A DNA stretch of 64,000 nucleotides from Pseudomonadales bacterium (GCA_965216795.1 OZ244196.1:3231681-3295680); one strand, 5' to 3'. Counted from the first letter of the stretch, positions 8,822 to 20,171 are shown. Translations and numbers: made by a program. The notes: a model not told the origin generated them from the letters alone.

Positions 8822-10651
8822 TCAACTTCCCTGCGTGTGAGTGACAATAACCTCCAGGAAGGCTGCGCCAAATTTGTCCAGTTTGGTTTGGCCGACACCA
8901 TGAATTTCGAGCAACGCTGCCGATGTCTGTGGTTGGCGCTCCATCATTTCCATCAGGCTTGCGTCGTGGAAAATCTGGTAGGGCGGTATGCCGTGCTGGG
9001 TCGCCAGTTCCCTGCGACACTCGCGCAAGGCATCCCACAGCGCGCGGTCGGTGTCGCTCACATGGTTGCGCGAGCCCCTGTCGCGAGGGCTTTTTCGCTC
9101 CGCTTTCTTTTCTTCGCGAACGGTAAACGTCTCTTCACCGCGCAGCAGGCTGCGCGAGCGTTCGGTAAGCCCGATAGCGTTGTAACGCTGCGCATCGACC
9201 CGCGCGAAGCCGCGCACGATGAGCTGGCGAGCAATAGAGCGCCACTGCGCTACCGGGATGTCGGCACCGATGCCAAAGGTACTCAATTGTTCATGGCCGA
9301 ATCGTTGCGTCTTGTCGGTCGATTTGCCGATCAGTATGTCGATAATGTGCAACAGCCCAAACCTCTGCTCGACACGATAGACCGTCGATAGCAGCATCTG
9401 CGCTGCCCTGGTGGCATCCTGGGTGCTGGGTGGCACCAGGCAGTTACTGCAGTTGCCGCAGGGCCCCGCGCTATTTTCACCAAAGTAGGCCAGCAATGCC
9501 TGGCGCAGGCAGTCGGTGGACTCACACCAGCCCAGCAGTTGATCGAGCTTGTTGCGCTCGTTGCGTTGGTGCTGCTCACTGCCTTCGGACTGGTCGATAA
9601 ACTGGCGCAACTGTACGACGTCATCGAGCCCGAACAGCAGCAGCGCCTCGGCGGCCCGGCCATCGCGACCGGCGCGGCCGGTTTCCTGGTAATAGGCTTC
9701 TATACTGCGCGGCAGGTTCAGGTGGGCGACGAAGCCCACATCCGGTTTGTCGATGCCCATGCCAAAGGCAATCGTCGCGACCATGATAATGGCGTCCTCG
9801 GCGAGGAAGCGCTGTTGGTGTCGCAGTCGCTGCTGCGCGTCCATACCGGCGTGATAGGGCAGGGCTGTATAGCCCTGTTGCTGCAGCCACTGCGCGGTTG
9901 ACTCGGTGCGCTTGCGTGACAGGCAATAGACAATGCCACTCTCACCGGGATGATTGCCAATGAACCGCAGCAATTGGCGGCGGGCATCCTGTTTTCCGCT
10001 CACCTGGTAACAGATATTGGGGCGATCAAAACTGTCGACGTACTCGACAGGATTGTTGAGCTTCAGGTTGTCGACAATGTCCTTGCGCGACTGTGGCGTC
10101 GCCGTTGCGGTCAGTGCAATGCGTGGCACGCCTGTAAAGTCCATTGCCAGGTCGGCCAGCAGCAGGTAATCATTGCGAAAGTCATGGCCCCACTGCGACA
10201 CGCAATGCGCTTCGTCAATTGCGATCAGCGCGATCTCGCACTGCTGCAGGCTTGCGCGCGTGGCCGCCTGATTGATGCGCTCCGGCGCGATATAGAGCAG
10301 CTGCAGCTCGCCCTGCTGCAGCTTTTCGAGCACGGCCGCCTGCTCGGCACCGCTCTGGGTCGAATTGAGAAACGCGGCCTCAATACCCAGTTGTTCCAGG
10401 GCATTGACCTGGTCCTGCATCAGCGCAATCAGCGGTGAGATGACAATGCCGGTACCGCTGCGCAGCATCGCCGGTATCTGGTAGCACAGCGATTTCCCGC
10501 CACCGGTGGGCATGAGCACCAGGCAGTCGTTGCCTGATACGACTGACTCTATGATGGCCTCTTGCTGGGCCCGAAAGGCCGGGTAGCCGTAGATATCCTG
10601 GAGTAGATCCAGCGCTGAAAGGGTGTTTGTGGGGGTAAGCGTCGGGTTCAC
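8822..10651 (-). CDS. recQ: ATP-dependent DNA helicase RecQ
   Basis: Motifs [39 protein letters not shown], the Zn-binding cysteines CGNCSNC, and a C-terminal HRDC-like region. 609 aa. Confidence 0.97.
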   Translation of the reverse strand: MNPTLTPTNTLSALDLLQDIYGYPAFRAQQEAIIESVVSGNDCLVLMPTGGGKSLCYQIPAMLRSGTGIVISPLIALMQDQVNALEQLGIEAAFLNSTQSGAEQAAVLEKLQQGELQLLYIAPERINQAATRASLQQCEIALIAIDEAHCVSQWGHDFRNDYLLLADLAMDFTGVPRIALTATATPQSRKDIVDNLKLNNPVEYVDSFDRPNICYQVSGKQDARRQLLRFIGNHPGESGIVYCLSRKRTESTAQWLQQQGYTALPYHAGMDAQQRLRHQQRFLAEDAIIMVATIAFGMGIDKPDVGFVAHLNLPRSIEAYYQETGRAGRDGRAAEALLLFGLDDVVQLRQFIDQSEGSEQHQRNERNKLDQLLGWCESTDCLRQALLAYFGENSAGPCGNCSNCLVPPSTQDATRAAQMLLSTVYRVEQRFGLLHIIDILIGKSTDKTQRFGHEQLSTFGIGADIPVAQWRSIARQLIVRGFARVDAQRYNAIGLTERSRSLLRGEETFTVREEKKAERKSPRDRGSRNHVSDTDRALWDALRECRRELATQHGIPPYQIFHDASLMEMMERQPQTSAALLEIHGVGQTKLDKFGAAFLEVIVTHTQGS

Positions 10652-10696
10652 CGCCTGAACATCCTGCCGATGTGCCTGGCGTTGCGGATGCGGCGC

Positions 10697-11263
10697 TCAG
10701 CTGCGGCCATGGGCCTGGCCGAACTGGATCAGGCGGAACACGTCATAGGCAGGGTCGTCGCGGCCGGGCTTACCGATGTACGAGCCGCTGAGCATCGGGT
10801 GATCGAGCGCCACGCGCGAAGGGGTGTCAACGGTCGCCCAGTCGGCAAGTACCGCTTTGTAGCTGAACTTCCACTGGCCATCACGCTTTTCGTACTTGTC
10901 GAGGTAGCGCCCGCCAATCAGCAGGTCGATGGGGCCATCGTCAGTGGCGACCTGGTGATAGGCCAGGACGTAGATTTCGCCTTCCGCATAACAGACCGGG
11001 TCGGCACTCGTGTCGAGCGCAATATTGGTGGTGGTTATATTGTGATGCAGGATTTGCATCGGCGCCTGGATCTGCGGCAGCTGATCGATAAACGCCATGG
11101 CCAGCCCCTTGAAGAACGGGCCATGGTCGTCGATCGCATCGTCGTGATAAAGCGAGCGCAGCCGCGCGTGATCGTGACGATCAGAAGCCTGGCAATAGGC
11201 GTTGACCAGTTCGAGAATGGCCTGCTTGTCGAGCAGCTGCTGCAATGCCGGGTCGGTTGGCAT
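10697..11263 (-). CDS. SnoaL-like / NTF2-fold protein
   Basis: 188 aa. The N-terminus LQQLLDKQAILELVNAYCQASDRHDHARLRSLYHDDAI is typical of SnoaL_4-type proteins. Confidence 0.65.
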   Translation of the reverse strand: MPTDPALQQLLDKQAILELVNAYCQASDRHDHARLRSLYHDDAIDDHGPFFKGLAMAFIDQLPQIQAPMQILHHNITTTNIALDTSADPVCYAEGEIYVLAYHQVATDDGPIDLLIGGRYLDKYEKRDGQWKFSYKAVLADWATVDTPSRVALDHPMLSGSYIGKPGRDDPAYDVFRLIQFGQAHGRS

Positions 11264-11298
11264 GATCCGGTAACTCGCGTCCTGGAACGGCGGCGGTG

Positions 11299-11541
11299 TT
11301 ACTCGTCTGCGCTGGACTCTTCAGCCGCAGCGTCTTCGGCCGGGGCTTCATCAGCGGCTTCTTCTTCGACGGCTTCAGGCTCTGGCGCTTTGGGCTCGGG
11401 CGCTGTGATCAGCGACTCGGCCAGCAGGATCTTGACCTTTTCTTCGCCGTTGACGGCGTTTTTCGCAGCGGACTTCACCGCGTAGCGATTGTCGCGACGT
11501 TGGTAAATGCTGTACTCGGCAGTTTTCTTGACCAGTTTCAT
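11299..11541 (-). CDS. Small conserved-looking protein with an acidic Ala/Glu/Pro-rich tail
   Basis: ATG at 11541 is preceded by GAAAGG. The product is MKLVKKTAEYSIYQRRDNRYAVKSAAKNAVNGEEKVKILLAESLI followed by APEPKAPEPEAVEEEAADEAPAEDAAAEESSADE. The longer 117-aa track ORF has an implausible N-terminus. Confidence 0.55.
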   Translation of the reverse strand: MKLVKKTAEYSIYQRRDNRYAVKSAAKNAVNGEEKVKILLAESLITAPEPKAPEPEAVEEEAADEAPAEDAAAEESSADE

Positions 11542-11664
11542 AGGGCTACCTTTCTCAGTGAGTGGTGGTGTGGTTAAACGCATTGCAGCCGATGGCTGCC
11601 AGCGGGCGCGCATGGTAGCAGTATTGAGCGGGCACAGACAGCCCCACCGCAATGTTGGCCAGGG

Positions 11665-12471
11665 TCAGGCTTCAGGCAGGTTGGCGTGCACGACCTTGAG
11701 CAGCTCTTTGAAGAGCTTGGGAGGGCCGCAGACCACATTGCCCTTTGCCAGGCAGGTATCGCCACCGTCAAAGTCGGCGATCAGGCCGCCGGCCTCCTGG
11801 ATCAACAGCATGCCCGCGGCGACGTCCCAGGGCTTGAGGCCATACTCCCAGAACGCATCGAGCCTGCCGGCGGCGACGTATGCCAGGTCCAGCGCGGCGG
11901 CGCCAGCGCGACGCACGCCAGAGCCCTGCGTCGCAATGTGCTGCAGGCACTGCATGTAGCCATCGACGTGGGGCCGCTGGCTCTCGCGATAGGGTACGCC
12001 GGTGCCAATGAGGGCGCCATTGAATTCGCTTTGCTGGCTGACGCGGATCCGCTTGCCGTTGAGGCTGGCGCCGCGGCCCCGACTGGCGACAAATTCTTCT
12101 TGCCGGATAGGGTCGAAGATGACCGCGTGCTCGACTCGGTTTTGTTTGACGCAGGCGATAGAGATGGCGAAATGCGGAATGCCGCGCATGAAATTGGTGG
12201 TGCCATCGAGTGGGTCAATGAACCAGGTCGTATCTGACTCGCCGTCGCGGCCGGGTACCAGGCCGCCTTCCTCGCCGTGGATATTGTGCTCGGGAAAAGC
12301 CTTCTGCAGCTGTTCGCGAATCTCTTCTTCGCTTGCACTGTCGACGCTGGTAACGAAATCGTTCTTTTCCTTTTCGTGGACTTTCACCAGGTCCATACGC
12401 TCGGTCGAGCGGGCGATGATATCGCCAGCCTTGCGGGCAGCTCGAAGCGCGATTTTGACGGTTGGTTCCAA
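11665..12471 (-). CDS. suhB: Inositol-1-monophosphatase SuhB
   Basis: Only the C-terminal 268 codons of the 571-aa track ORF look like SuhB (PTVKIALRAARKAGDII.., HGEEGG, WFIDPLDGTTNF, WDVAAG). The proposed start is TTG 12471-12469, preceded by GAGAGAA. Confidence 0.9.
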   Translation of the reverse strand: MEPTVKIALRAARKAGDIIARSTERMDLVKVHEKEKNDFVTSVDSASEEEIREQLQKAFPEHNIHGEEGGLVPGRDGESDTTWFIDPLDGTTNFMRGIPHFAISIACVKQNRVEHAVIFDPIRQEEFVASRGRGASLNGKRIRVSQQSEFNGALIGTGVPYRESQRPHVDGYMQCLQHIATQGSGVRRAGAAALDLAYVAAGRLDAFWEYGLKPWDVAAGMLLIQEAGGLIADFDGGDTCLAKGNVVCGPPKLFKELLKVVHANLPEA

Positions 12472-12612
12472 AGCTGTTCTCTCAGCGGTCGGGATGGCGC
12501 GGCAGTATAGCAAAACGCCTTGCTTTACAGCGTTTTCACCGCTCAGTAATTTTGGTATTGCGCCCGCCTTTGTTAGAATTCGCGCCCTTTTCCCGCCAGC
12601 AGGCCTGAACCC

Positions 12613-13398
12613 TTGAACAACAAAGTTGACCCCTTGCCCAGCTTGCCCGAGCGCGATGTGCGCATCGTGCTGGTCAATCCCTCGCATCCTGGCAATATTG
12701 GTGCCGCGGCGCGGGCGATGAAAACGATGGCGCTCAGCCAGCTCTGGCTGGTTGCCCCCGAGGAGTATCCGGACCCACGTGCCGTATGGCGCGCGGCGGG
12801 TGCTCGCGATGTGCTGGAAAGCGCGCGGGTGGTCGCGACGCTGGACGAAGCGCTGGCCGACTGCGACTGGGTGGTCGGCACGTCGGCGCGCGGCCGCCGT
12901 ATTCCCTGGCCGCTGGTCGATGCAAGGCAGTGTGCCGAACAGGTCTATCAGCAGCCTGCTCACAGCAAGATAGCGATCATGTTCGGAAGAGAAGACAGTG
13001 GGCTGAGCAACGACGAGCTGCAGCGCTGCAACTGTCACGTCCATGTGCCGACCAATGAGGCCTATGGCTCGCTGAACCTGGCGATGGCCGTGCAGATTCT
13101 CAGCTACGAGTTGCGTATGCATTCCCTGGCGCTGGCGGGCACCGGGGCAGGTGAATCGATCGAGGGTAGCGAGGGAGCCAGCCAGTGGGATGAACCCTTC
13201 GCCAGCGCCGAGGATGTCGAGCGATTCCATGAACACCTTGCCCAGACCCTGGCAGAGCTCGATTTTTATGATCCGGACAACCCCCGGCAGCTGCTCACCC
13301 GGCTGCGGCGACTGTTCGCCCGCATCCGCATGGACCGCATGGAGCTCAATATCCTGCGCGGCATACTCAGCGCTGTACAAGATGTGCTCAAAAAGTGA
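12613..13398 (+). CDS. trmJ: tRNA (cytidine/uridine-2'-O)-methyltransferase TrmJ
   Basis: SpoU/TrmH motifs VLVNPSHPGNIGAAARAM, IMFGREDSGLSNDEL and NLAMAVQILSYEL. Divergent from suhB, as in Pseudomonas and E. coli. Starts with TTG. Confidence 0.9.
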   Translation: MNNKVDPLPSLPERDVRIVLVNPSHPGNIGAAARAMKTMALSQLWLVAPEEYPDPRAVWRAAGARDVLESARVVATLDEALADCDWVVGTSARGRRIPWPLVDARQCAEQVYQQPAHSKIAIMFGREDSGLSNDELQRCNCHVHVPTNEAYGSLNLAMAVQILSYELRMHSLALAGTGAGESIEGSEGASQWDEPFASAEDVERFHEHLAQTLAELDFYDPDNPRQLLTRLRRLFARIRMDRMELNILRGILSAVQDVLKK

Positions 13399-13411
13399 GC
13401 CAAGCCACTAA

Positions 13412-13468
13412 ATACCTAGTAATTTACTTGGTTAAATACTTGACTGTTTTGCTCGGGATTAAGATAAT
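13412..13468 (+). promoter_or_regulatory. isc promoter with two IscR type-1-like operators
   Basis: -35 TTGACT (13440-45), a 17-nt spacer, and -10 GATAAT (13463-68). ATACTTGACTGTTTTGCTCGGGATT (13436-60) closely resembles the E. coli iscR operator ATAGTTGACCAATTTACTCGGGAAT (from memory). A second related site is ATACCTAGTAATTTACTTGGTTAAA (13412-36). Confidence 0.6.
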
Positions 13469-13566
13469 TAACCCCAGCTGAAACGTGGGGCCTGAGCGCA
13501 ACAAATCAGCCCAAAAGCGTTAGTTTTCAGCCATTTATCAACCTGGACCCTGGATTTCGCCCATTT

Positions 13567-14052
13567 ATGCGCCTGACCACCAAAGGCCGATACGCCGTGA
13601 CCGCGATGCTCGACCTGGCCCTGCACAGCCAGCAGGGCCCCGTGAAGCTGGCCGAAATAGCCCAGCGGCAGGAGCTGTCGCTGGCCTATCTGGAGCAGCT
13701 GTTCGCGAAACTCAGGCGCTGCGAGCTGGTGGCCAGCTCGCGCGGGCCCGGTGGTGGCTATGCCCTGAACCGCGAGCCTGCGCGTATCTGCGTTGCCGAG
13801 ATTATTGATGCCGTCGATGAGGGTGTCGATGCAACCAACTGCGCCGGCAAGAGCGATTGCCAGGAGGGCGACACCTGCCTGACGCACCATTTGTGGAACG
13901 ACCTGACCGCTGAAATCCATCGTTTCCTCTCAGGCGTATCGTTAGCAGACCTGGTCAGTCGCAAGGAAATTCGCCGGGTCAGTGCGCGCCAGGACCAGCG
14001 CGACGTAGCGGTCGATGATATCCAGGCCATCCGCATCGCCACCGGCGATTAG
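13567..14052 (+). CDS. iscR: Fe-S cluster assembly transcriptional regulator IscR (Rrf2 family)
   Basis: [19 protein letters not shown].., plus cluster-ligand cysteines and histidine ([19 protein letters not shown]). First gene of the isc operon. Confidence 0.95.
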   Translation: MRLTTKGRYAVTAMLDLALHSQQGPVKLAEIAQRQELSLAYLEQLFAKLRRCELVASSRGPGGGYALNREPARICVAEIIDAVDEGVDATNCAGKSDCQEGDTCLTHHLWNDLTAEIHRFLSGVSLADLVSRKEIRRVSARQDQRDVAVDDIQAIRIATGD

Positions 14053-14081
14053 CACAGCGGCCAGACTTTTTGAGTATGAGT

Positions 14082-15296
14082 ATGCAATTACCGATTTATC
14101 TTGATTATTCAGCAACGACGCCGGTCGATCCGCGTGTTGCTGAAAAAATGATGCAGTGCCTGACCCACGAGGGCAACTTCGGCAACGCCGCATCGCGCTC
14201 ACACCGTTTCGGATGGCAGGCTGAAGAGGCGGTGGAGCACGCCCGCGGTCAACTGGCCGATTTGATTGGCGCCGACCCACGCGAGATCGTCTGGACCTCG
14301 GGCGCAACCGAATCTGACAACCTGGCCATCAAGGGCGCCGCACATTTTTACCAGAAGAATGGCAAGCACATCGTCACTTCGGCGATCGAGCACAAAGCGG
14401 TGCTCGATACTTGCCGCCAGCTCGAGCGCGAAGGGTATGAAATTACCTATCTCGAGCCCGATAGTGATGGGCTGATACAGCCAGCCGCGGTCGAAGCCGC
14501 GCTGCGCGATGACACTGTGCTGGTGTCTATCATGCACGCCAACAATGAAATTGGTGTGATCAACGACATCGCAGCGATTGGCGCGATAACCCGCGCGCGC
14601 AAGATCATCCTGCACGTTGATGCGGCCCAGTCAGTGGGCAAGATCCCGGTCGATGTCGAAGAGCTGCAGGTCGACCTGATGTCGATTTCGGCACACAAGA
14701 TGTATGGCCCCAAGGGCATTGGCGCCCTCTACGTGCGGCGCAAGCCTCGCGTCAGGATCGAGTCACAGATGCATGGCGGTGGCCATGAGCGCGGCATGCG
14801 CTCGGGTACATTGCCAACGCACCAGATCGTTGGCCTGGGTGAGGCAGCAGAGGTAGCAGCACAGAATATGGCAGCCGAAAATGAGCGCCTGCGTTCGCTC
14901 AGGCAGCGCCTGTGGGACGGCATCGCCGATATGGAAGAGGTCTACCTGAACGGCCATGCTGAGCAGCGACTGCCCGGTGCACTCAACGTGAGTTTCAACT
15001 TTGTCGAAGGCGAGTCGCTGATAATGGCCCTCAAGGACCTGGCGATTTCCTCGGGTTCGGCCTGCACTTCAGCGAGTCTTGAGCCGTCGTATGTGCTTCG
15101 GGCTCTGGGTCGCAGCGATGAGCTGGCGCACAGCTCCCTGCGTTTTTCGCTGGGCCGGTTTACGACGGAAGAAGAAGTCGATCACGCGATTGCCCAGTTG
15201 CGCTCGGCGGTCGAAAAGCTGCGTGAACTCTCTCCGCTTTGGGACATGTACAAAGACGGCGTAGACCTTGACTCGGTGCAGTGGGCTGCACATTAA
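14082..15296 (+). CDS. iscS: Cysteine desulfurase IscS
   Basis: [19 protein letters not shown] matches the E. coli IscS N-terminus. PLP lysine [12 protein letters not shown] and active-site loop SSGSACTS are present. In-frame alternative starts lie at 14070 (TTG) and 14076. Confidence 0.97.
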   Translation: MQLPIYLDYSATTPVDPRVAEKMMQCLTHEGNFGNAASRSHRFGWQAEEAVEHARGQLADLIGADPREIVWTSGATESDNLAIKGAAHFYQKNGKHIVTSAIEHKAVLDTCRQLEREGYEITYLEPDSDGLIQPAAVEAALRDDTVLVSIMHANNEIGVINDIAAIGAITRARKIILHVDAAQSVGKIPVDVEELQVDLMSISAHKMYGPKGIGALYVRRKPRVRIESQMHGGGHERGMRSGTLPTHQIVGLGEAAEVAAQNMAAENERLRSLRQRLWDGIADMEEVYLNGHAEQRLPGALNVSFNFVEGESLIMALKDLAISSGSACTSASLEPSYVLRALGRSDELAHSSLRFSLGRFTTEEEVDHAIAQLRSAVEKLRELSPLWDMYKDGVDLDSVQWAAH

Positions 15297-15357
15297 CGGC
15301 AGTAATCAATGGCTGGCGGCGAACATTGAGCCGGCAGTGTTTTAGAGGAAACTAACG

Positions 15358-15765
15358 ATGGCATACAGTGATAAAGTTATCGACCACTACGAAAACCCCC
15401 GTAACGTGGGCAAGCTCGATGAGAGCGATACGTCGGTAGGCACCGGTATGGTTGGCGCGCCGGCCTGTGGCGATGTCATGCGCCTGCAGATAAAGGTCGA
15501 CCAGGCAGGTGTCATTGAAGATGCCAAGTTCAAAACCTACGGCTGCGGTTCTGCGATCGCGTCCAGCTCGCTGCTGACCGAGTGGGTCAAGGGCAAAACG
15601 CTCGATGAAGCAGCCGAAATCAAAAACGTCGAAATCGCTGAAGAGCTGGCACTGCCGCCGGTGAAGATTCACTGTTCGGTGCTGGCAGAAGATGCCATCA
15701 AGGCCGCGATTGCCGACCTGAAGGCCAAGGCCGATGAGCCTGCTGGCGCGGCTGAAGCCAGCTAG
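15358..15765 (+). CDS. iscU: Fe-S cluster scaffold IscU
   Basis: [38 protein letters not shown] and [12 protein letters not shown]. Confidence 0.97.
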   Translation: MAYSDKVIDHYENPRNVGKLDESDTSVGTGMVGAPACGDVMRLQIKVDQAGVIEDAKFKTYGCGSAIASSSLLTEWVKGKTLDEAAEIKNVEIAEELALPPVKIHCSVLAEDAIKAAIADLKAKADEPAGAAEAS

Positions 15766-15788
15766 AGCCGGTCAAGGTAAGCATTCTT

Positions 15789-16112
15789 ATGGCGATCACA
15801 CTCACCGAAAATGCAGCGCAACACGTGCGCAGCCAGTTGCAACAGCGCGGTAAGGGGCTGGGCATTCGCGTAGGCGTTAAAACCACCGGTTGTTCCGGCA
15901 TGGCCTATGTGCTCGAGTTTGTCGATGAGCATGATAACAATGACGAAGTGTTTGAAGAACACGGTGTGCGCCTTTACGTCGACCCCAAGAGTCTTGTCTA
16001 TATCGATGGCACGCAGATGGATTTCGTCAAGGAAGGCCTGAATGAAGGCTTCCAGTTCGTCAACCCGAATGCGGCGGGGGAGTGCGGCTGCGGTGAGAGC
16101 TTTACCGTTTAG
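15789..16112 (+). CDS. iscA: Iron-binding A-type carrier IscA
   Basis: 107 aa with GCSGMAY and a C-terminal CGCGESF. Confidence 0.95.
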   Translation: MAITLTENAAQHVRSQLQQRGKGLGIRVGVKTTGCSGMAYVLEFVDEHDNNDEVFEEHGVRLYVDPKSLVYIDGTQMDFVKEGLNEGFQFVNPNAAGECGCGESFTV

Positions 16113-16175
16113 TCGAAGCCCGTTAATTCCCTGCGCCGGACGGCGTTAACCCCAATACCTTTCCCGGCGAAGCCT

Positions 16176-16724
16176 GTGCAACTCGAGCAGAACTTTTTTA
16201 CCCTGTTGAACCTCCCCGGTGCGTTCTCGATTGACGCGGCGCAGCTCAAGCAGAGCGCGCGAGCCCTGCTGCGCCAGTATCACCCCGATCGCTATGCCAA
16301 CGCAACGCCACAGGAGCAGCGCCTAGCCGTGCAGTTTTCAGCGCACGTCAATCATGCCGTCGCAACGTTGTCCGACCCGGTCAAGCGCGCCCTGCATCTA
16401 CTCGAATTGCGTGGCGTCGCGATCGACCCACAGCAGGTGACAATCAAGGATCGACACTTTTTACTCGAGCAAATGGAGATTCGCGAGGCGGTAGCTGAGG
16501 CCGCAGGCGATGCCGCACAGGCCGCTAAGGTGCTGGCTGGCATCGAACAACGTTTTGTTGCCGAGCAGCAACAGTTTGACAGCCTGTGGCTGGCGCAACC
16601 CGAGGGGGCGCTGTCTCAGGAGCAGGCTGACGCGCTGGCTGAGCGAGTGCTGCGCATGCAGTTCTACAGCAATTTGCTGGCGGAGCTGCGAGAAAAAGCG
16701 CCCGCCAGCCCGCTGCGCGCTTAG
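16176..16724 (+). CDS. hscB: Co-chaperone HscB (J-domain)
   Basis: GTG start. J-domain HPD motif (YHPDRY). Sits between iscA and hscA. Confidence 0.9.
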   Translation: MQLEQNFFTLLNLPGAFSIDAAQLKQSARALLRQYHPDRYANATPQEQRLAVQFSAHVNHAVATLSDPVKRALHLLELRGVAIDPQQVTIKDRHFLLEQMEIREAVAEAAGDAAQAAKVLAGIEQRFVAEQQQFDSLWLAQPEGALSQEQADALAERVLRMQFYSNLLAELREKAPASPLRA

Positions 16725-16744
16725 CGAACTGTGGAGCATTAGCC

Positions 16745-18622
16745 TTGGCGTTACTACAGATTTCAGAGCCCGGCCAGTCGCCGATGCCGCACCAGTTCAA
16801 GCGCGCTATCGGTATTGATCTTGGCACGACCAATTCGCTGGTGGCAATGGTGGGCAACGCGGGCAAGGCGCAGGTCATCCGCGATGCTGAAGATCGCGCA
16901 CTGCTACCCTCGGTCGTGCATTACGCCCAGGACGCAGCGCCTGTTGTCGGTTACGACGCGGCGCACAGGGCGCAGTCAGACCCCTACAACACGCTGGCTT
17001 CGTTCAAGCGCCTGATGGGCCGCGGCGCGGCCGATGTCGCCGATTCACAACAGTACGTGATGGTCAGCGCCGAGGGCGAAGCGCAACAGGCGCGGTTTGC
17101 AACCCGCGTCGGTGATATCACACCGATCGAAGCCTCGGCAGAAATTTTGCGCGCCCTGGCGTTGCGTGCGCGTGACTATGCCGGCGGCGAGATCGATGGC
17201 GCGGTCGTCACCGTCCCGGCTTACTTCGATGATGCCCAACGGCAGGCGACCAAAGACGCCGCGCGGCTGGCCGGCCTGAAGGTCCTGCGACTGATTAACG
17301 AGCCGACTGCGGCGGCGGTAGCCTATGGTCTCGACAGTCACCAGGACGGCTATGTTGCGGTATACGACCTGGGTGGCGGCACCTTTGATATCTCGATTCT
17401 GCAGCTGAGCGAAGGGGTGTTTGAGGTGCTGGCCAGTGGCGGTGATGCAGCCCTGGGCGGCGATGATTTTGATCGATCGATTGCCAACTGGGTGCTGGCG
17501 CAGGCCGGTGTCCAGGCGGCGGACCTGTCGCCATCGAGCTATCGCACGCTGCTGCACGATGCCCGCATCGCCAAGCAGCAACTCTCAGAACAGCAACATG
17601 TTGAGCTGGCCCTGCAAGCCGAGGGCATCGACTGGTCCGGTACGCTGGATCGGCGCAGTTTTGAGGCGCTCATTGCCGGGCTGGTCGAAACGACGATCGC
17701 GCGCACGCTGGATTGCCTGAAAGATGCAGGCCTGGACGTTGCGCATATTGATGATGTCGTGTTGGTTGGCGGCTCGACGCGGGTACCGCTGGTGCGCCAG
17801 CAGGTGGCGGCCCTGTTCGGCAAGCCCGCCCGCGATAGCGTCGACCCCGACCAGGTGGTAGCGCTGGGTGCGGCGATCCAGGCCGATACCCTGGTTGGCA
17901 ACCAGCGTGGCGAGCAGCTGCTATTGCTCGATGTCACGCCATTGTCGCTGGGTATCGAAACCATGGGCGGCCTGGTTGAAACACTGGTCCATCGCAACAC
18001 GCCTATTCCCACGGCGCGAGCGCAGGAATTTACCACCTACCAGGACGGGCAGACCGCAATGGCACTGCACGTGGTGCAGGGCGAGCGCGACCGGGTTGAA
18101 GATTGTCGCTCGCTGGCGCGCTTTGAACTGCGGGGTATTCCGCCGATGGTCGCCGGTGCAGCGCGTATCGTTGTGACCTTTGCGCTGGATGCCGATGGCG
18201 TGCTGGAAGTCAGTGCCGAAGAGACGACCACCGGCACACAGGCCCGGATTACCGTGAAACCTTCCTACGGACTGGAGGAGAATGAAATCTCCCGTATGCT
18301 GACCGAGTCCTATACTCATGCAGCCGCCGATCGGGACGCGAGGATGCTGGCCGAGCAGCAGGTTGAGGCGCGGGCACTGGTTGCAGCTGTCGAGGCGGCA
18401 CTGCAGGCCGATGCCGATTTGCTGGACCCTGCCCAGCGCGAGGGTATCGACCAGGCGCTTGCGCTGGTACGGACCTGTGTCGAAGGCGATGACCGGCAGG
18501 TGATCGCCAACGCGATTGAACAGCTTGGTGCCCAGACCGAGTCATTCGCCGCGTTGCGTATGGACCGCAGCATCAAGCAGGCCCTGCAGGGCCGGCGCAT
18601 CGATGATGTCGTCGATTCCTGA
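16745..18622 (+). CDS. hscA: Fe-S protein assembly chaperone HscA (Hsp70 family)
   Basis: TTG start. [22 protein letters not shown] matches the E. coli HscA N-terminus. DLGGGTFD is present. 625 aa. Confidence 0.97.
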   Translation: MALLQISEPGQSPMPHQFKRAIGIDLGTTNSLVAMVGNAGKAQVIRDAEDRALLPSVVHYAQDAAPVVGYDAAHRAQSDPYNTLASFKRLMGRGAADVADSQQYVMVSAEGEAQQARFATRVGDITPIEASAEILRALALRARDYAGGEIDGAVVTVPAYFDDAQRQATKDAARLAGLKVLRLINEPTAAAVAYGLDSHQDGYVAVYDLGGGTFDISILQLSEGVFEVLASGGDAALGGDDFDRSIANWVLAQAGVQAADLSPSSYRTLLHDARIAKQQLSEQQHVELALQAEGIDWSGTLDRRSFEALIAGLVETTIARTLDCLKDAGLDVAHIDDVVLVGGSTRVPLVRQQVAALFGKPARDSVDPDQVVALGAAIQADTLVGNQRGEQLLLLDVTPLSLGIETMGGLVETLVHRNTPIPTARAQEFTTYQDGQTAMALHVVQGERDRVEDCRSLARFELRGIPPMVAGAARIVVTFALDADGVLEVSAEETTTGTQARITVKPSYGLEENEISRMLTESYTHAAADRDARMLAEQQVEARALVAAVEAALQADADLLDPAQREGIDQALALVRTCVEGDDRQVIANAIEQLGAQTESFAALRMDRSIKQALQGRRIDDVVDS

Positions 18623-18656
18623 CTGGCCCTATCACCTGTTGTAAAGAGGCCCCGTT

Positions 18657-18989
18657 ATGCCGCAGATTATTGTGCTTCCGCATCAGGAACTGGTTCCCGA
18701 GGGCACTGTTATCGACGCCCGGAGCGGCGAGAGTATCTGCGATGCGCTGCTGCGCAATCATGTTGATATCGAGCATGCCTGCGAAAAATCCTGTGCCTGC
18801 ACGACCTGCCACGTCATCGTACGCGAGGGCTTTGATTCCCTCGAAGAGGCCGATGAACTCGAGGAAGACTATCTCGACAAGGCCTGGGGGCTGGAGCCCG
18901 AGAGTCGTTTGAGTTGCCAGGCGGTCGTCGCTGAAGAAGACCTGGTTGTTGAAATTCCCAAGTACACGATTAACCACGCCCGTGAGTAA
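18657..18989 (+). CDS. fdx: ISC-system [2Fe-2S] ferredoxin
   Basis: CEKSCACTTCHV plus a downstream Cys (SRLSCQ). 110 aa. Confidence 0.95.
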   Translation: MPQIIVLPHQELVPEGTVIDARSGESICDALLRNHVDIEHACEKSCACTTCHVIVREGFDSLEEADELEEDYLDKAWGLEPESRLSCQAVVAEEDLVVEIPKYTINHARE

Positions 18990-18994
18990 ACGCC

Positions 18995-19189
18995 ATGCGC
19001 TGGACAGATATCACTGATATTGCCATCGAGCTGTGCGAGCAGCACCCAGACGTCGATCCGCTTCAGGTCAATTTTGTTGACCTGCGTAGTTGGGTGATGG
19101 CGCTGGATGACTTCGACGATGACCCGGAGCGTTGCGGGGAGAAAATCCTTGAGGCTATCCAGGCCGCCTGGATAGAAGAGCGCGACTAA
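18995..19189 (+). CDS. iscX: Fe-S assembly protein IscX
   Basis: 64 aa and acidic (MRWTDITDIAIEL..DDFDDDPERC). Last gene of the operon. Confidence 0.9.
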   Translation: MRWTDITDIAIELCEQHPDVDPLQVNFVDLRSWVMALDDFDDDPERCGEKILEAIQAAWIEERD

Positions 19190-19199
19190 TCGAACTCAA

Positions 19200-19877
19200 C
19201 TAATCGAGCTCAACCGGGACGCCACTGGCAACGGGTGCGCTTTTGTTGCGCGCATTGCCAATCGCCCGGTCAACCGGCTGGATCGCCAGTGACACGGACC
19301 TGTCCTGATTCAAAATAGCCTGTAATTCTTCGGGACTGGTCTTCGGGTCCAGCCAGCGCGCCTGTGCTTTGGTATCGAGCAGCACGGGCTGTCGGGCGTG
19401 AATCGGTGCAAAGCCGGGGTCCGCGGCGCGGGTAATGATGGCGCAGGACTGCAGGTAGTTGCCGTCGCCTTCCCACAGATCCCAGATGGCCGCAAAGGCC
19501 AGCGCGTTATCGGGGCTGGATATTTCATAGGCCTGCTTGCCATTGGCATGGCGCTGCCATTCGATAAACGAAGTCGCGGGAACGATGGCGCGGCGGTATT
19601 TGAACGGGACGCGAAACGCGCGGCTGGTGCTGACCGTTTCGCTGCGTGCATTGAACATCGCGTATTTTTGCGAGGGGCCATCGGACCAACTCGGGGTTAG
19701 CCACCAGCGCATGTCGGCAACCGCCAGCCTGTCTTCTTCACCATCGCGGTACACGGTCAAAGCCGGTTCAGTTGGCGCGATGTTATAGCGTACCGGTAGC
19801 GGGCCGATGGCGATGCCCAGTTCTGCCAGCAGCGCGTGGACGGCGGGTGAGTCTGTCAGGTTGTAGCGGCCGCACAT
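19200..19877 (-). CDS. yedK: SOS response-associated peptidase (SRAP / YedK family), abasic-site processing protein
   Basis: N-terminal MCGRYNL carries the catalytic Cys2. Also NIAPT, FNARSET and SFIEW. 225 aa. Confidence 0.9.
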   Translation of the reverse strand: MCGRYNLTDSPAVHALLAELGIAIGPLPVRYNIAPTEPALTVYRDGEEDRLAVADMRWWLTPSWSDGPSQKYAMFNARSETVSTSRAFRVPFKYRRAIVPATSFIEWQRHANGKQAYEISSPDNALAFAAIWDLWEGDGNYLQSCAIITRAADPGFAPIHARQPVLLDTKAQARWLDPKTSPEELQAILNQDRSVSLAIQPVDRAIGNARNKSAPVASGVPVELD

Positions 19878-19955
19878 GGTTTCTCTCCGGTCTTGTCACT
19901 ATTGTGAAGCCTGCATCGTTGCGCGTCTATTTTATTGTGGTGGGGGTCCGCAGGC

Positions 19956-20058
19956 GGGCTTGTGTATGGCCCGGAAGGGAAGCGCTTTTCGGCATCCATG
20001 CCCGCTCGACGGCCGCATCCCTGCGGCCGACGTTCCCTTCCGGGCCATACACAAGCCC
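19956..20058. repeat. REP/MITE-like nested palindromic element (family copy 2)
   Basis: Perfect 26-nt inverted arms GGGCTTGTGTATGGCCCGGAAGGGAA (19956-81) and TTCCCTTCCGGGCCATACACAAGCCC (20033-58). They flank a 51-nt core containing the hairpin CGGCCGCA-TCCC-TGCGGCCG. Confidence 0.8.
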
Positions 20059-20171
20059 ACCTTCGACTTCCTCGCTGATGTCTGGTTGGGTGCCGGGTTG
20101 GGCATGACTTGCGTTGCGGTTGTACCAGGACAACCTGGCGTACGCCGATGGGTTGACCGGGGAAAATAGCA

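Noticed and set aside
10670-11485. 271-aa plus-strand ORF with a Ser/Ala-rich tail, antisense to the SnoaL-like and small acidic protein genes.
   Set aside because: It is the mirror image of the acidic Ala/Glu tail on the minus strand. It has no motifs, and the minus-strand genes have RBSs and recognisable domains.
11665-13380. 571-aa ORF in the six-frame track on the minus strand.
   Set aside because: Only the C-terminal 268 codons resemble SuhB. The upstream part runs antisense through trmJ, is Arg/Gly/Ala-rich as expected for GC-rich out-of-context frames, and would delete the divergent promoter region. It was trimmed to TTG 12471.
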